Source: Eledone cirrhosa (Eukaryota). From it: DNA of 64,000 nucleotides. Made by a program: the position numbers and the translations under genes. Shown here one piece after another: positions 1 to 13,209 of the stretch (position 1 is the first letter of the stretch; each line of letters starts with the position of its first letter). The stretch lies in assembly GCA_964016885.1 (NCBI GenBank), contig OZ024747.1, positions 61,318,001 through 61,382,000 of the forward strand, given 5' to 3'. The notes beneath the pieces were generated by a model. That model was given only the letters and a program-made list of their open reading frames with translations, searched no databases and was not told the DNA's origin.

Positions 1-95
1 CATATACACATATACACACACATGTACATGTGTATATACCTATTTACACACTTTTGGATGTCCGTTGACCCTTATGAGTTCTTCCGCACTCTGTT

Positions 96-127
<32 letters not shown>

Positions 128-184
128 TGTGTATATAAACACCACTTGTTTAGATATTATCAATATTATTATTACTATTACATG

Positions 185-764
185 GTTTGGAAGCATTGTT
201 AGAGCGTTGAACAAAATGTTTTGCATCATTTGCACCAAGAGTAGAACCAGTAGTGTCGAACTACATGCTTAGCAGCATAGAGTTATGACCCTTTACGTTC
301 TGACTTCAAATCCCGCCAAGGTTAGCTTTGCTTTTCATCCTCACAGGGTCGATAAAATAAAGTACCAGTAATGTACTTGGGTTGATTTAACCGACTTTCC
401 CTTTCGCTCAAAATTGTTGGTCTTGTGACTAAATCAGAAACCATTATTTGCTGTGACTCTTTATATTATTTTCCATTTTATATAAAATCAATTACCAGTA
501 ATGCACTGGAGTTGATTTAATTGACTTCCCCTCCCCCAAAATTGTTGGCTTTGTGCCTAAATCATTGGATTGGCAGTATCGGTAGAGGGTCGGACGCCAT
601 GCTTTGCAGCATAGAGTTATGGCCTTTTACGTTCTGAGTTCAAATCCTGCCGAGGTTAACTTTGCCTTTCATCCTTACGGGGTCGATAAAATAAAGTACC
701 AGTAATGCACTCGGATAATTGCTGGCCTTGTGCCAAAAGTAGAAACAATTATTATTATTATTAT
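185..764 (+). mobile_element. Cluster of tRNA-derived SINE copies (family A), head to tail, ATT-repeat tails
   Basis: A-box-like TGGCAGTATCGGTAG, B-box-like GAGTTCAAATCC, central TTTGCCTTTCATCCTTACGGGGTCGATAAAATAAAGTACCAG, end GTAGAAACA(ATT)n; the same unit recurs more than 20 times in the window. Confidence 0.85.
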
Positions 765-2152
765 TGGAAAGACCCAAACCTTACTTCAGTCCTATTATCA
801 ATCTGCAATGACTCCTTAAGTAACAAAACTCCTCCAACAAGTTGGCTAAAAGAAGGCATAGTTCCTGTCCCCCAAAACTACTGGGAATATCACTTATGCC
901 CATTGTTGCCAAGATCTACAACAAGCTTATCCTCAACCGTATAGTTCCGTATGTTGATCCAATCCTTTGCATCAACCAAAACGGTTTTAGACCATAATAG
1001 ATCTACACTTGCACAGATTTTGGCCTTGAGAAGTGTAGGGGAAGAGATGAGAAACTCCAACAGACAAATGGCTCTAGTCTTTGTTGACTTTAGAAAAGCT
1101 TTTGACAGCATAAACAGAGACATTCTGTTTGAAATTCTACCCTTGTATGGCATCCCAGCAAGATTTGTGAAGCAATTAAGGCTCTGTATCTCAACACAAG
1201 TGCCCCTATCATCACCACTGATCACCTAACAGAGTTCTTTTACATCTCAGCAGGAGTGCTGCTGGGTGACACACTTGCCCCATTTCTCTTTATCATTGCA
1301 CTAGACTACGTTCTGAGGCTCTCAATTGACAAAATCAATAACAAAGGTATAACCATCAAACCCCGCATGAGCTCTAGGCATCCCTCCAAACATCTCACTG
1401 ACCTTGACTTTGTGGATGACATTATACTTCTTGCAGATTGCCTAGAAAATGCGACAACTTTTGAGATCTCTCCAGGAAGCATCCGCCCTTGTTGGCCTAC
1501 ATCTCAATGAGGGTAAAACAGTAGATATCAAACTGTACAGGCAACAACATCAAAACAATCAATGGCAGTTAATTCAAGCAAGTCGAGGATTTTAAGTATT
1601 TGGGGTCTGGGATCATGGATTCTGGGAAGGATTATGCCATCAGGAAGGCTCAAACATGGTCAGCTTGCAACAAGATGGATCGAGTTTGGAGGTCAAATCT
1701 TTCCAAACACACCAAAATCAGACTCTTCCAAGTAACAATTCAACCAATTTTACTATATGGAAGTGAAAGATGGATGTTTTCATCCAAACAACAAAAGCAT
1801 CTTGATGGCAGCTTCACTCACCTACTTCGACGCATTTGGATCATAAGCGACATCTGACTTTGAAAGAAATATATGCCGGCCTTCCACGCATATCTGACAT
1901 TGTACGCAAAAAGAGAGTAAGATTTGCTGGCCACTGCCATCGTGCAACCTCTGAGGCTGTGTCCCCATTAGTGCTCTGGAAACCACAAGCAGTCACTAAT
2001 AACAGGGGGTGCAAGCTCTCCTATCCCAATGTCATCTCCAGAGATTCTGGTATTGAAATCCAGGACTTGGCAACGGCAATGAACGACAGACCCACATGGA
2101 GATCAACTGTTGAGTCAATTTTGGCTGTGACTGCCGGATGATGATGATGATT
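765..2152 (+). pseudogene. Decayed 5'-truncated non-LTR retrotransposon (RTE-group LINE), reverse transcriptase fragment
   Basis: Frameshifted ORF pieces give RT motifs in order: VFVDFRKAFDS, GDTLAPFLFIIALDYVL, DLDFVDD, FKYLGS, PILLYGSE, RFAGHC; ends in a (GAT)n tail. Confidence 0.9.
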
Positions 2153-2169
2153 ATTATTAGATTGCCAGC

Positions 2170-2522
2170 ATTGAATCGCGGCTGAAGTTAACTTTGCCTT
2201 TCTTCCTAATGGGGTCAATAAAATATAGTACCCGTAACACACTGGGGTCAATTTTATTGATTTCCCCCTCCCCCAAAATTGTTGGCCTTATGCCTAAATC
2301 AGAAACCTTTATTAAATGGTAAGGAATTTGGCAGGATTGTTCGTGTGTCAAGCTTTATTGCAGTTGTTCCACATCTTTACATTCTGAGTTCAAATCCCAT
2401 CAACGTCAACTTTACCTTTCATCCATCCAAGGATCATAAAATAAGGTACCAGCTATTTACTGGGCTGGTGTAATGGACTTTCATCTTCCCTTCAAATTTC
2501 TGGCCTTCTGCCAAATCTAGAT
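2170..2522 (+). mobile_element. Two degenerate family A SINE copies
   Basis: Central CCTTTC..GGGGTCAATAAAATATAGTACC-type motif and B-box GAGTTCAAATCCC. Confidence 0.75.
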
Positions 2523-2848
2523 CCCTTTGTTATGATATCTTAGACTATTTCATGGAAATTTCTAATACAACACCACATGTTTCTATCTGGTTTTGGTGTA
2601 TGTGTGTGTTTGTGTGTTTGTGTGTGCGTTCAGCATGTGTGTGTGAGTGTGTGTAGCATGTGTGTGTGTTCAGCATGTGTGTGAGTGTGTGCAGCATGTG
2701 TGTGAAGCATGTGTGTATGCAGCATGTATGTGTGTGTGTGTTCATATTTTCCCTGGTCGTTGGTGAAGTATAAACCTCAGTTAGTATACTACATCAGTGT
2801 TAAGATGTTTTAGTATGATTTGATATTACAGAAGTTACTATAATCATA

Positions 2849-4712
2849 TCTCTTGCCCTCCCCCATCACACACATACCAGGTCGGAACACAGAAGAGCCA
2901 AACTCCCACTGTCATCACCTCCATCTCTCTTGCCCTCCCCCATCTCACACACATACCAGGTCGGAACACAGAAGAGCCAAACTCCCACTGTCATCACCTC
3001 CATCTCTCTTGCCCTTCTCCCCCATCTCACACACATACCAGGTCGGAACACAGAAGAGCCAAACTCCCACTGTCATCACGTCCATCTCTCTTGGCCTCCT
3101 CCCCCATCTCACACATACCAGGTCGGAACACAGAAGAGCCAAACTCCCACTGTCATCACGTCCATCTCTCTTGGCCTCCTCCCCCATCTCACACATACCA
3201 GGTCGGAACACAGAAGAGCCAAACTCCCACTGTCATCACGTCCATCTCTCTTGGCCTCCTCCCCCATCTCACACATACCAGGTCGGAACACAGAAGAGCC
3301 AAACTCCCACTGTCATCACCTCCATCTCTCTTGGCCTCCTTCCCCATCTCACACACATACCAGGTCGGAACACAGAAGAGCCAAACTCCCACTGTCATCA
3401 CGTCCATCTCTCTTGGCCTCCTCCCCCATCTCACACATACCAGGTCGGAACACAGAAGAGCCAAACTCCCACTGTCATCACCTCCATCTCTCTTGGCCTC
3501 CTCCCCCATCTCACACACATACCAGGTCGGAACACAGAAGAGCCAAACTCCCACTGTCATCACCTCCATCTCTCTTGGCCTCCTCCCCCATCTCACACAC
3601 ATACCAGGTCGGAACACAGAAGAGCCAAACTCCCACTGTCATCACCTCCATCTCTCTTGCCCTTCTCCCCCATCTCACACATACCAGGTCGGAACACAGA
3701 AGAGCCAAACTCCCACTGTCATCACCTCCATCTCTCTTGGCCTCCTCCCCATCTCACACACATACCAGGTCGGAACACAGAAGAGCCAAACTCCCACTGT
3801 CATCACGTCCATCTCTCTTGGCCTCCTCCCCCATCTCACACATACCAGGTCGGAACACAGAAGAGCCAAACTCCCACTGTCATCACCTCCATCTCTCTTG
3901 GCCTCCTCCCCCATCTCACACACATACCAGGTCGGAACACAGAAGAGCCAAACTCCCACTGTCATCACGTCCATCTCTCTTGGCCTCCTCCCCCATCTCA
4001 CACACATACCAGGTCGGAACACAGAAGAGCCAAACTCCCACTGTCATCACCTCCATCTCTCTTGGCCTCCTCCCCCATCACACACACATACCAGGTCGGA
4101 ACACAGAAGAGCCAAACTCCCACTGTCATCACGTCCATCTCTCTTGGCCTCCTCCCCCATCTCACACACATACCAGGTCGGAACACAGAAGAGCCAAACT
4201 CCCACTGTCATCACCTCCATCTCTCTCGCCCTCCTCCCCATCTCACACACATACCAGGTCGGAACACAGAAAAGCCAAACTCCCACTGTCATCACCTCCA
4301 TCTCTCTTGGCCTCCTCCCCATCACACACACATACCAGGTCGGAACACAGAAGAGCCAAACTCCCACTGTCATCACGTCCATCTCTCTTGGCCTCCTCCC
4401 CATCACACACACATACCAGGTCGGAACACAGAAGAGCCAAACTCCCACTGTCATCACCTCCATCTCTCTTGGCCTCCTCCCCATCACACACACATACCAG
4501 GTCGGAACACAGAAGAGCCAAACTCCCACTGTCATCACCTCCATCTCTCTTGGCCTCCTCCCCATCACACACACATACCAGGTCGGAACACAGAAGAGCC
4601 AAACTCCCACTGTCATCACCGCCATCTCTCTTGGCCTCCTCCCCATCACACACACATACCAGGTCGGAACACAGAAGAGCCAAACTCCCACTGTCATCAC
4701 CTCCATCTCTCT
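2849..4712. repeat. Minisatellite, 23 copies of a 79-82 bp unit
   Basis: Unit CTCTTGGCCTCCTCCCCCATCTCACAC(AC)ATACCAGGTCGGAACACAGAAGAGCCAAACTCCCACTGTCATCACCTCCATCT; CCAGGTCGGAAC counted 23 times, near-identical copies. Confidence 0.97.
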
Positions 4713-4772
4713 CGTCCTTCTCATCTCTATCAATCCCTCCAAATTCTGAATTTTCAACATTATTGGAAAATC
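4660..4772 (-). other. Candidate 113-nt exon (FSNNVENSEFGGIDRDEKDERDGGDDSGSLALLCSDL)
   Basis: Minus strand ttCTAAT...ctgcctAG acceptor, open frame, CTG|GTATGT donor; weak pyrimidine tract, and 4740-4820 resembles a MITE end. Confidence 0.25.
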
Positions 4773-5222
4773 CTAGGCAGTGTATTTATTTCATTAGAAA
4801 TGTGGTAACAGAAGGATTATATCTATTTCTCCATTGCCCAGTTTTCCCAAGTATTCACCATGAAGAAACTTTTGTCAACAGATTTGCATGACAATCTACA
4901 GTTCCATTTGGCTATTTACTTTTAGTTTTTAAAAAAAAATACTTTTACCTTTTTTGTTTAATATTTCCTAACTTGTTTTTATTATTATGACTAGTCATTA
5001 TCACTGTTATTATTATTATTATTGTTGTTCTTGTTGGTGTTGTTATGGTAGACATATTTATGTGTTACCACTTCTGTTTTTGCCATATTCTCTACCATCT
5101 AATCTAAACTACCTTTTTTTTTTTGGTTTGTTTCGTTTGTTTGTGTATTCAATATTTAATGGCAGAGAGTAAATAGATTAAAAAAATAGACTCACATTTG
5201 TGTTTGTATCTCTCTCTCTCTC

Positions 5223-5287
<65 letters not shown>

Positions 5288-5526
5288 GCGTGTGTGTGTG
5301 TGTGTGTGTGGATAAAATAACGTAATTGAAAAGTTCTATTCCTTCCATAAGCTATTCAAAACCACTCTAATTCTAAAAGGTGGTGGTAAGATTTCACATT
5401 TGACACGCACTGCAAGCATCTTATGTATGTGTAAGTGTATATATATATATATATATATATATGCAAGCACACACCTTCTAAGGCATTTTATGTGTGTATG
5501 TATATATATATAAGATGTTTTATAGA

Positions 5527-5563
<37 letters not shown>

Positions 5564-6083
5564 TATATACACACACACACACATATACACCCTTTAAGAG
5601 ATATTTCTCAGAGTGACCGGCACCAAGAATGCAACAAATGCAATGACAGTAGTTTCACCTTGCTTTAACTAATGGCAACAACAATAAAAACAACAGTAAC
5701 AACAATAAAGAGATGAGGATGAAAATATATGAGAAGCCATTCCTTTTTACTAATGTCTCTCTGTATCAGGCTAAATTTCTCTTATATTTCACATTCCTCA
5801 TTCTTTTTTCCCCCAATATTTAACTACTTAAATGTATGTAATTTGCCATAAAAAGAAATGAAAGAAAATGATTCTTTATCATGGAACTACCAGGGTTTTT
5901 TTCAATTTAGTTTTTCACTTGTTTTTACAGTAAAAGAACCAAGTGCTATATTATAAGTAAGTTGCTTGCATGTCTGTATGTCTGTATGTATGTATGTATG
6001 TATGTGTGGTGTAATGTGGTGATTGTATCTATGATAGAAGCGATAGATCCTTGAAAAGCTCTGTGTGTGTGTATATATATCTG

Positions 6084-6217
<134 letters not shown>

Positions 6218-6283
6218 ATGGCGTCTCCCATCGAAAACATGTAAGTGTACCATAGTAGATAGAGCAATATGTATGTACATATA

Positions 6284-6763
6284 TGTAGCGACGTGGTTAG
6301 TCGGTCTGGTCACTACTTCTGATCGGATCTGAGAATAGCCCTTAAAAGGACTGTTATCACATACGGTCTGATCGGATCTGGGGATAGCCCTTAAAAGGAC
6401 TGTTGTCACCTACGGTAAGGATGAACAGATGAAAGAACAAGTTGAAAGGACGAGCAAGGCGAGAGACGTAGTTTCGGTCAGCTATTTATTTTCACATGAA
6501 GCGACGATACAGAGGTACAAGGCGTGTGTGAGTGACAAGAATGGCAGAGGAGAGGAACAATGATACGTGAGCTAACTCTGTCAAAGGTTGACTGGCGAAA
6601 GTGTTTGGAATCACTCTATTTATACAGAAATAATCGTTTGATGTTTAGCCGCTGTGTAGGCATTTTATTTTGGTGGCTTTAAGGGCTGTTTGTTTCACGG
6701 TGAGGTACCTAGCTAAGCAGATAGAGTTATTTATTTCACAGATGTTATTTCCGGTGGCTGTAC

Positions 6764-6764
<1 letters not shown>
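6284..6764 (-). mobile_element. Solo LTR (481 bp), probably Gypsy-type
   Basis: TGTAGC...GCTGTACA termini, TATA on both flanks, minus-strand TATAAATA near 6620 followed by AATAAA near 6487, internal 49-bp direct repeat 6318-6415. Confidence 0.7.
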
Positions 6765-6794
<30 letters not shown>

Positions 6795-6849
6795 CGTAGT
6801 CATCAGACACAGTGTACCTATCCTAAACTGGACAGACACACACACACAC

Positions 6850-7230
6850 GCACATGGCTTAGTGGTTAGAGCATTGGCCTTGCAATCGAAAGGTTGTGAG
6901 TTCAATTCTCAGACCAGGTGATGTGTTGTTTCCTTGAGAAAAACACTTTATTTCACATTGCTCCAGTTTACTCAGCTGTAGAAATGAGATGATAGGGACT
7001 GGGGTCCATATCATTCCACTGCAAAGTGGTCGTGGAGGTGCCACAGAAAAAAAGCACCCAGCCCACACTGTAAAGTGGACGTGTAGGCGCCACGGAAAAA
7101 AAAGCACCCAGCACTCACTGTAAATGAGGTTGGTGTTAGGAAGGGCATCCAGCTGTAGAAATCAAGCCAGAATCAGTTCCCGTCTCACCCTTGCAAGCAG
7201 GGAAAAGCGGACGTAAAATGATGATGATGA
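6850..7230 (+). mobile_element. tRNA-derived SINE (family B, CORE-like centre) followed by an RTE-type 3' tail
   Basis: TGGCTTAGTGGTTAG A-box, GAGTTCAATTC B-box, TTCCTTGAGAAAAACACTTTA centre; tail GGACGTAAAATGATGATG. Confidence 0.75.
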
Positions 7231-7439
7231 TATATATATATATATATGAGAATCTGTAAAAGCTAGAAATACTGTTCTTACATGGAAGGTACAATATACA
7301 TCTGGTTGCTGATAGAAAGGGCATTCAGGCGTAAAACATATTGAGCTATATTTGATTCCAGGATAGAGAATGTTGTTGTTTTACATTAACTTCTCCAGCC
7401 TTGGATTGGGGAGGCCCTGGAAGATAAAAACTGACCTTG

Positions 7440-7845
7440 CCCAATTGCACCTATCAAAGGCGATGACACAGGACTGAGTTCTCTGGCGTTACGCAGTAAT
7501 TCAGAAAACCCGAGTTCCCATGGGTACAAGCCGAAGCCGAAGCATATAGAGAATAGGCCCCCAGACCCCTCCCACTGTAAAGTGGTCGTGGTGGTGTCAC
7601 AACAAAAAGCACCCAGCCCACACTGTAAAGTGGTCGTGTAGGCGCCACGGTAAAAAGCACCCAGTACTCACTGTAAATGTGGTTGACGTTAGGAAGGGCA
7701 TCAAGCTGTAGAAACCGAGCCAAAGTCAGTCCTATATGAGCAAGCCATGGTCAGTTGACTTGGCATTGCCCACAACAGGACAACCCGTCTAACCCATGCT
7801 AGTGTGGAAACAGTGACGTAAAACGGTGATGATGATGATGATGAT
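7440..7845 (+). mobile_element. RTE-type LINE 3' end/UTR fragment
   Basis: GTTAGGAAGGGCATC..CTGTAGAAA motif, CCCATGCTAGTGTGGAA..GACGTAAAA(GAT)n tail shared with the RTE at 18071-20810. Confidence 0.75.
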
Positions 7846-8169
7846 ACTAGCATGGGTTGGAGGGAAATTTTTGAGGCAATATTTTACAACCAGTTTTTCT
7901 TTCTGACGCTAGTTTTTTCTTAATGACTTTTTACATCCTGCAGAGATAAGAGATAAGGTCTACCTATTCTAAAGCTGATACACATCTACATAAAATCATG
8001 ATGAAGATTATTGGTGATGGTAAAACAATTAAAATTGAGTCTTTACAGAGGGGAGGCTTCTGCAAGAGAAATAGTTGAGGAACGATACAGAGGATACTTT
8101 AGTGCCTCTGTATGATAGTCATGTCAGGAATGGGCTCTACATGTAATAGTTAAAGGTTCTCTAAAACTG

Positions 8170-8752
8170 TCTCCTCCTCCTCATCATCACCATCACCACC
8201 ATCACCACCACCACCATACCACCACCACCAACATCGCTACCATGGGTTAGATAGGTTGTCACTTTCTAAGACTAGGAAGGAAAGATAAAACAACTTTTGC
8301 TCATGCATTACATCATTATCATCATCATCATCGCCATCACCACCACCACCAGCATCACCACCACCACCACCACCACCACCACCACCACCAGCATCATCAC
8401 CACCACCACCATCATCTCCACCACCACCACCACCACCACCAGCATCATCACCACCACCACCATCATCTCCACCACCACCACCACCACCACCATCATCATC
8501 TCCATCACCACCACCATCACCATCACCACTACCACCATCATCACCACCACCACCAGCATCATCACCACCACCATCACCACCACCACCATCATCTCCACCA
8601 CCATCACCACCACCACCACCATCATCACCACCATCACCACCACCACCACCACCATCACCACCACCACCACCACCATCACCACCACCACCACCATCATCAC
8701 CACCATCACCACCACCACCACCACCATCACCATCACCACCACCATCATCATC
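8170..8752. repeat. (CAC/CAT)n trinucleotide repeat region
   Basis: Direct inspection. Confidence 0.95.
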
Positions 8753-8962
8753 CTTTTCCCCTACTAGCAAGGGTTGGGACAGATTTTCAGCAGATAGGGT
8801 TGGTACTGAGAATGGTGGCACTGAGTCGACAGTGGGCTGGAACCCTGCATTTTACTTCCATACTTGCCAACCCAGTGCTCAGACCAGCTGGGAGTACGCA
8901 GCTCAATTTTATATGGTCCCACACATTAACAAGTGCAATTTATTGTGACACCAGCATGGCCA

Positions 8963-11900
8963 TGATGGTGATGATGGTGGTGGTGGTGGTGGTGGTGGTG
9001 GTGGTGGTGGTGGTGGTGGTGGTAGTAATTGTAATTGTAACAATGATGGTGGTGGTGGTGGTAATGAAACTGATGACAATGACATAAATAATTGTATAGT
9101 TACAATGATGAGAGTTGTGGTGGCAGTAGTAATGATTGTGATGGTGGTAGTGATGGTGGTAGTGATGGTGGTAGTGGAGGCAGTGGTGGGGGGTAATGAT
9201 GGTGGTAGTGGAGGCAGTGGTGGGGGTAATGATGGTGGTAGTGGAGGCAGTGGTGGGGGTAATGATGGTGGTAGTGGAGGCAGTGGTGGGGGTAATGATG
9301 GTGGTAGTGGAGGCAGTGGTGGGGGTAATGATGGTGGTAGTGGAGGCAGTGGTGGGGGGTAATGATGATGGTAGTGGAGGCAGTGGTGGGATAATGATGG
9401 TGGTAGTGGTGGTAATGGTGAAAGTGGTGGGGTAAAGATGGTGGTAGTGGTGGCAGTGGTGGCGGTAATGATGGTGGTAGTGGTGGCAGTGGTGGGGTAA
9501 TGATGGTGGTAGTGGTGGCAGTGGTGGGGTAATGATGGTGGTAGTGGTGGTAATGGTGAAAGTGGTGGGGTAAAGATGGTGGTAGTGGTGGCAGTGGTGG
9601 GGTAATGATGGTGGTAGTGGTGGCAGTGGTGGGGTAATGATGGTGGTAGTGGTGGCAGTGGTGGGGTAATGATGGTGGTAGTGGTGGTAATGGTGGTAAT
9701 GGTGGCAGTGGTGGCAGTGGTGGCGGTAATGATGGTGGTAGTGGTGGTAATGGTGGTAATGGTGGCAGTGGTGGCGGTAATGATGGTGGTAGTGGTGGGG
9801 TAATGATGGTGGTAGTGGAGGCAGTGGTGGGGTAATGATGGTGGTAGTGGTGGCAGTGGTGGGGTAATGATGGTGGTAGTGGTGGCAGTGGTGGGGTAAT
9901 GATGGTGGTAGTGGTGGCAGTGGTGGGGGTAATGATTGTGGTAGTGGTGGTAATGGTGGTAATGGTGGCAGTGGTGGCAGTGGTGGCGGTAATGATGGTG
10001 GTAGTGGTGGGGTAATGATGGTGGTAGTGGAGGCAGTGGTGGGGTAATGATGGTGGTAGTGGTGGCAGAGGTGGGGGGTAATGATGGTGGTAGTGGTGGT
10101 AATGGTGGCAGTGGTGGGGTAATGATGGTGGTAGTGGAGACAGTGGTGGGGGTAATGATGGTGGTAGTGGTGGTAATGGTGGCAGTGGTGGGGTAATGAT
10201 GGTGGTAGTGGTGGTAATGATGGTAGTAGTGGTGGTAATGATGGTAGTAGTGGTGGTAATGATGGCAGTAGTGGTGGTAATGATGGTGGTAGTGGTGGTA
10301 ATGGTGGTAGTAGTGGTGGTAATGATGGTAGTAGTGGGGTAATGATGGTGGTAGTGGTGGTAATGATGGTAGTAGTGGTGGTAATGATGGCAGTAGTGGT
10401 GGTAATGATGGCAGTAGTGGTGGTAATGATGGTGGTAGTGGTGGTAATGGTGGTAGTAGTGGGGTAATGATGGTGGTAGTGGTGGTAATGGTGGTAGTAG
10501 TGGTGGTAATGATGGCAGTAGTGGGGTAATGGTGGTAGTAGTGGTGGTAATGATGGTAGTAGTGGTGGTAATGGTGGTGGTAGTGGTGGTAATGATGGCA
10601 GTAGTGGTGGTAATGATGGTGGTAGTGGTGGTAATGATGGTAGTAGTGGTGGTAATGATGGCAGTAGTGGTGGTAATGATGGTAGTAGTGGTGGTAATGG
10701 TGGTGGTAGTTGTGGTAATGATGGTAGTAGTGGTGGTAATGATGGCAGTAGTGGTGGTAATGATGGCAGTAGTGGGGTAATGGTGGTAGTAGTGGTGGTA
10801 ATGATGGTAGTAGTGGTGGTAATGGTGGTGGTAGTGGTGGTAATGATGGCAGTAGTGGTGGTAATGATGGCAGTAGTGGTGGTAATGATGGTAGTAGTGG
10901 TGGTAATGGTGGTGGTAGTTGTGGTAATGATGGTAGTAGTGGTGGTAATGATGGCAGTAGTGGGGTAATGGTGGTGGTAGTGGTGGTAATGGTGGTAGTA
11001 GTGGTGGTAATGATGGTAGTAGTGGTGGTAATGATGGTAGTAGTGGTGGTAATGATGGCAGTAGTGGTGGTAATGATGGCAGTAGTGGTGGTAATGATGG
11101 CAGTAGTGGTGGTAATGATGGTAGTAGTGGTGGTAATGATGATGGTAGTGGTGGTAATGATGGCAGTAGTGGTGGTAATGATGGCAGTAGTGGTGGTAAT
11201 GATGGCAGTAGTGGTGGTAATGATGATGGTAGTGGTGGTAATGATGGTAGTAGTGGTGGTAATGATGGCAGTAGTGGGGTAATGGTGGTGGTAGTGGTGG
11301 TAATGGTGGTAGTAGTGGTGGTAATGATGGTAGTAGTGGTGGTAATGATGGTAGTAGTGGTGGTAATGATGGCAGTAGTGGTGGTAATGATGATGGTAGT
11401 GGTGGTAATGATGGTAGTAGTGGTGGTAATGATGGCAGTAGTGGGGTAATGGTGGTGGTAGTGGTGGTAATGATGGTAGTAGTGGTGGTAATGATGGCAG
11501 TAGTGGTGGTAATGATGGCAGTAGTGGTGGTAATGATGGCAGTAGTGGTGGTAATGATGATGGTAGTGGTGGTAATGATGGTAGTAGTGGTGGTAATGAT
11601 GGTAGTAGTGGTGGTAATGATGGTAGTAGTGGTGGTAATGATGGCAGTAGTGGTGGTAATGATGATGGTAGTGGTGGTAATGATGGTAGTAGTGGTGGTA
11701 ATGATGGCAGTAGTGGTGGTAATGATGGCAGTAGTGGGGTAATGGTGGTGGTAGTGGTGGTAATGATGGTAGTAGTGGTGGTAATGATGGTAGTAGTGGT
11801 GGTAATGATGGCAGTAGTGGTGGTAATGATGGTAGTAGTGGTGGTAATGATGGTGGTAGTGGTGGTAATGGTGGCAGTAGTGGTGGTAATGATGGTGGTA

Positions 11901-12345
11901 GTGGTGGTAATGGTGGCAGTAGTGGTGGTAATGATGGTAGTAGTGGTGGTAATGATGGTGGTAGTGGTGGTAATGATGGTAGTAGTGGTGGTAATGATGG
12001 TGGTAGTGGTGGTAATGATGGTAGTAGTGGTGGTAATGATGGCGGTAGTGGTGGTAATGGTGGCAGTAGTGGTGGTAATGATGGCGGTAGTGGTGGTAAT
12101 GATGGTGGTAGTGGTGGTAATGGTGGCAGTGGTAGCAGTATTGGTAATAATGGTGATGATGATGATGATGATGGTGGCTCTAGTGGTCTTGGTAATAAAG
12201 TTAACAATTGGTATTAGTGATGATGATGATGATGATGATGATGATAACAATGATGATGATAATGATGATAATGATGATGATTGTAGTGGTGGCAATGATA
12301 ATAACAATGGTATTGTTATTGATGATGATGATGATGATGATAGTT
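8963..12345. repeat. GGT/GAT-derived satellite with 33-bp then 21-bp higher-order units
   Basis: GGTAATGATGGTGGTAGTGGAGGCAGTGGTGGG near 9190-9360, grading into GGTAATGATGG(T/C)AGTAGTGGT from about 10200. Confidence 0.95.
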
Positions 12346-12799
12346 ATCATGGTGGAGGTAAATAGGAGATGATGCTAGTAATGATGCTGGTGCTTATTAT
12401 AATGAGGATGATGATGATGATGATGATGATAATATTGATGATAATAAGATTTTATCTGAATAAGTGTGCTAACTGGAAATAACATTTCGAAGATTATTAA
12501 AAATAATAGTCTCCCAACTCCCCCCCCCCCATCTCCACCCCCACCCCACACCACCCTAATACAATGAAAAAACATTATTCTTATTGTTTTATTTGTTGTT
12601 GTTAAAATAAAACAACAACATATAAAACAGTCTAACAAACAAACAAACAAAAAATACATACAATTACTATTGAGAACAATTTTTCAAAACTTTCCCTGTC
12701 AATTTAATAATTATGTACAGTTGAGTAAGACATTGTATTCAGAAGGACAACTGAAGCATAGAAATAACAAGCACAAGAGCAACAAATGAAACAAAATAA

Positions 12800-12809
12800 T
12801 ATATATATA

Positions 12810-12862
<53 letters not shown>

Positions 12863-12933
12863 CTATATGAATATATATATATATATATATATATAAATAT
12901 ATATATATATATCTATATACATATATATCTATA

Positions 12934-12977
<44 letters not shown>

Positions 12978-13090
12978 TATATATATGAATATATATATAT
13001 ATCTATATATATATATGAATATATATATATATCTGTATATATATATGAATATATATATATAAATATATATATATCTATATATATACATAC

Positions 13091-13121
<31 letters not shown>

Positions 13122-13155
13122 AATATATCTATATCTATATACATATATATCTATA

Positions 13156-13209
<54 letters not shown>

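Noticed and set aside
566-660. tRNA gene
   Set aside because: A and B boxes are present but the spacing is too long, there is no cloverleaf, and it continues into the SINE body
2853-4891. Three 550-650 aa plus-strand ORFs; CRISPR-like regular repeats
   Set aside because: The unit has no plus-strand stops, so all three frames are open and shift between the same peptides. There are no unique spacers and no cas genes, so this is not CRISPR.
8049-8115. Plus-strand peptide GEASAREIVEERYRGYFSASV after tttacAG
   Set aside because: Short, no recognised homology, weak donor
8753-8960. Unique-looking spacer with a 59-codon open frame
   Set aside because: Its left end resembles a reversed, decayed RTE-type tail; no splice or homology support
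8909-12365. ORFs over 1000 aa rich in T/P/H, and a GNDGSSG-repeat frame
   Set aside because: Trinucleotide-derived satellite with frequent frameshifts; no unique coding flanks
12660-12790. Strong minus-strand acceptor ttatttctatgcttcAG near 12760
   Set aside because: All three frames stop within about 50 nt and there is no clear donor; cannot be supported as an exon
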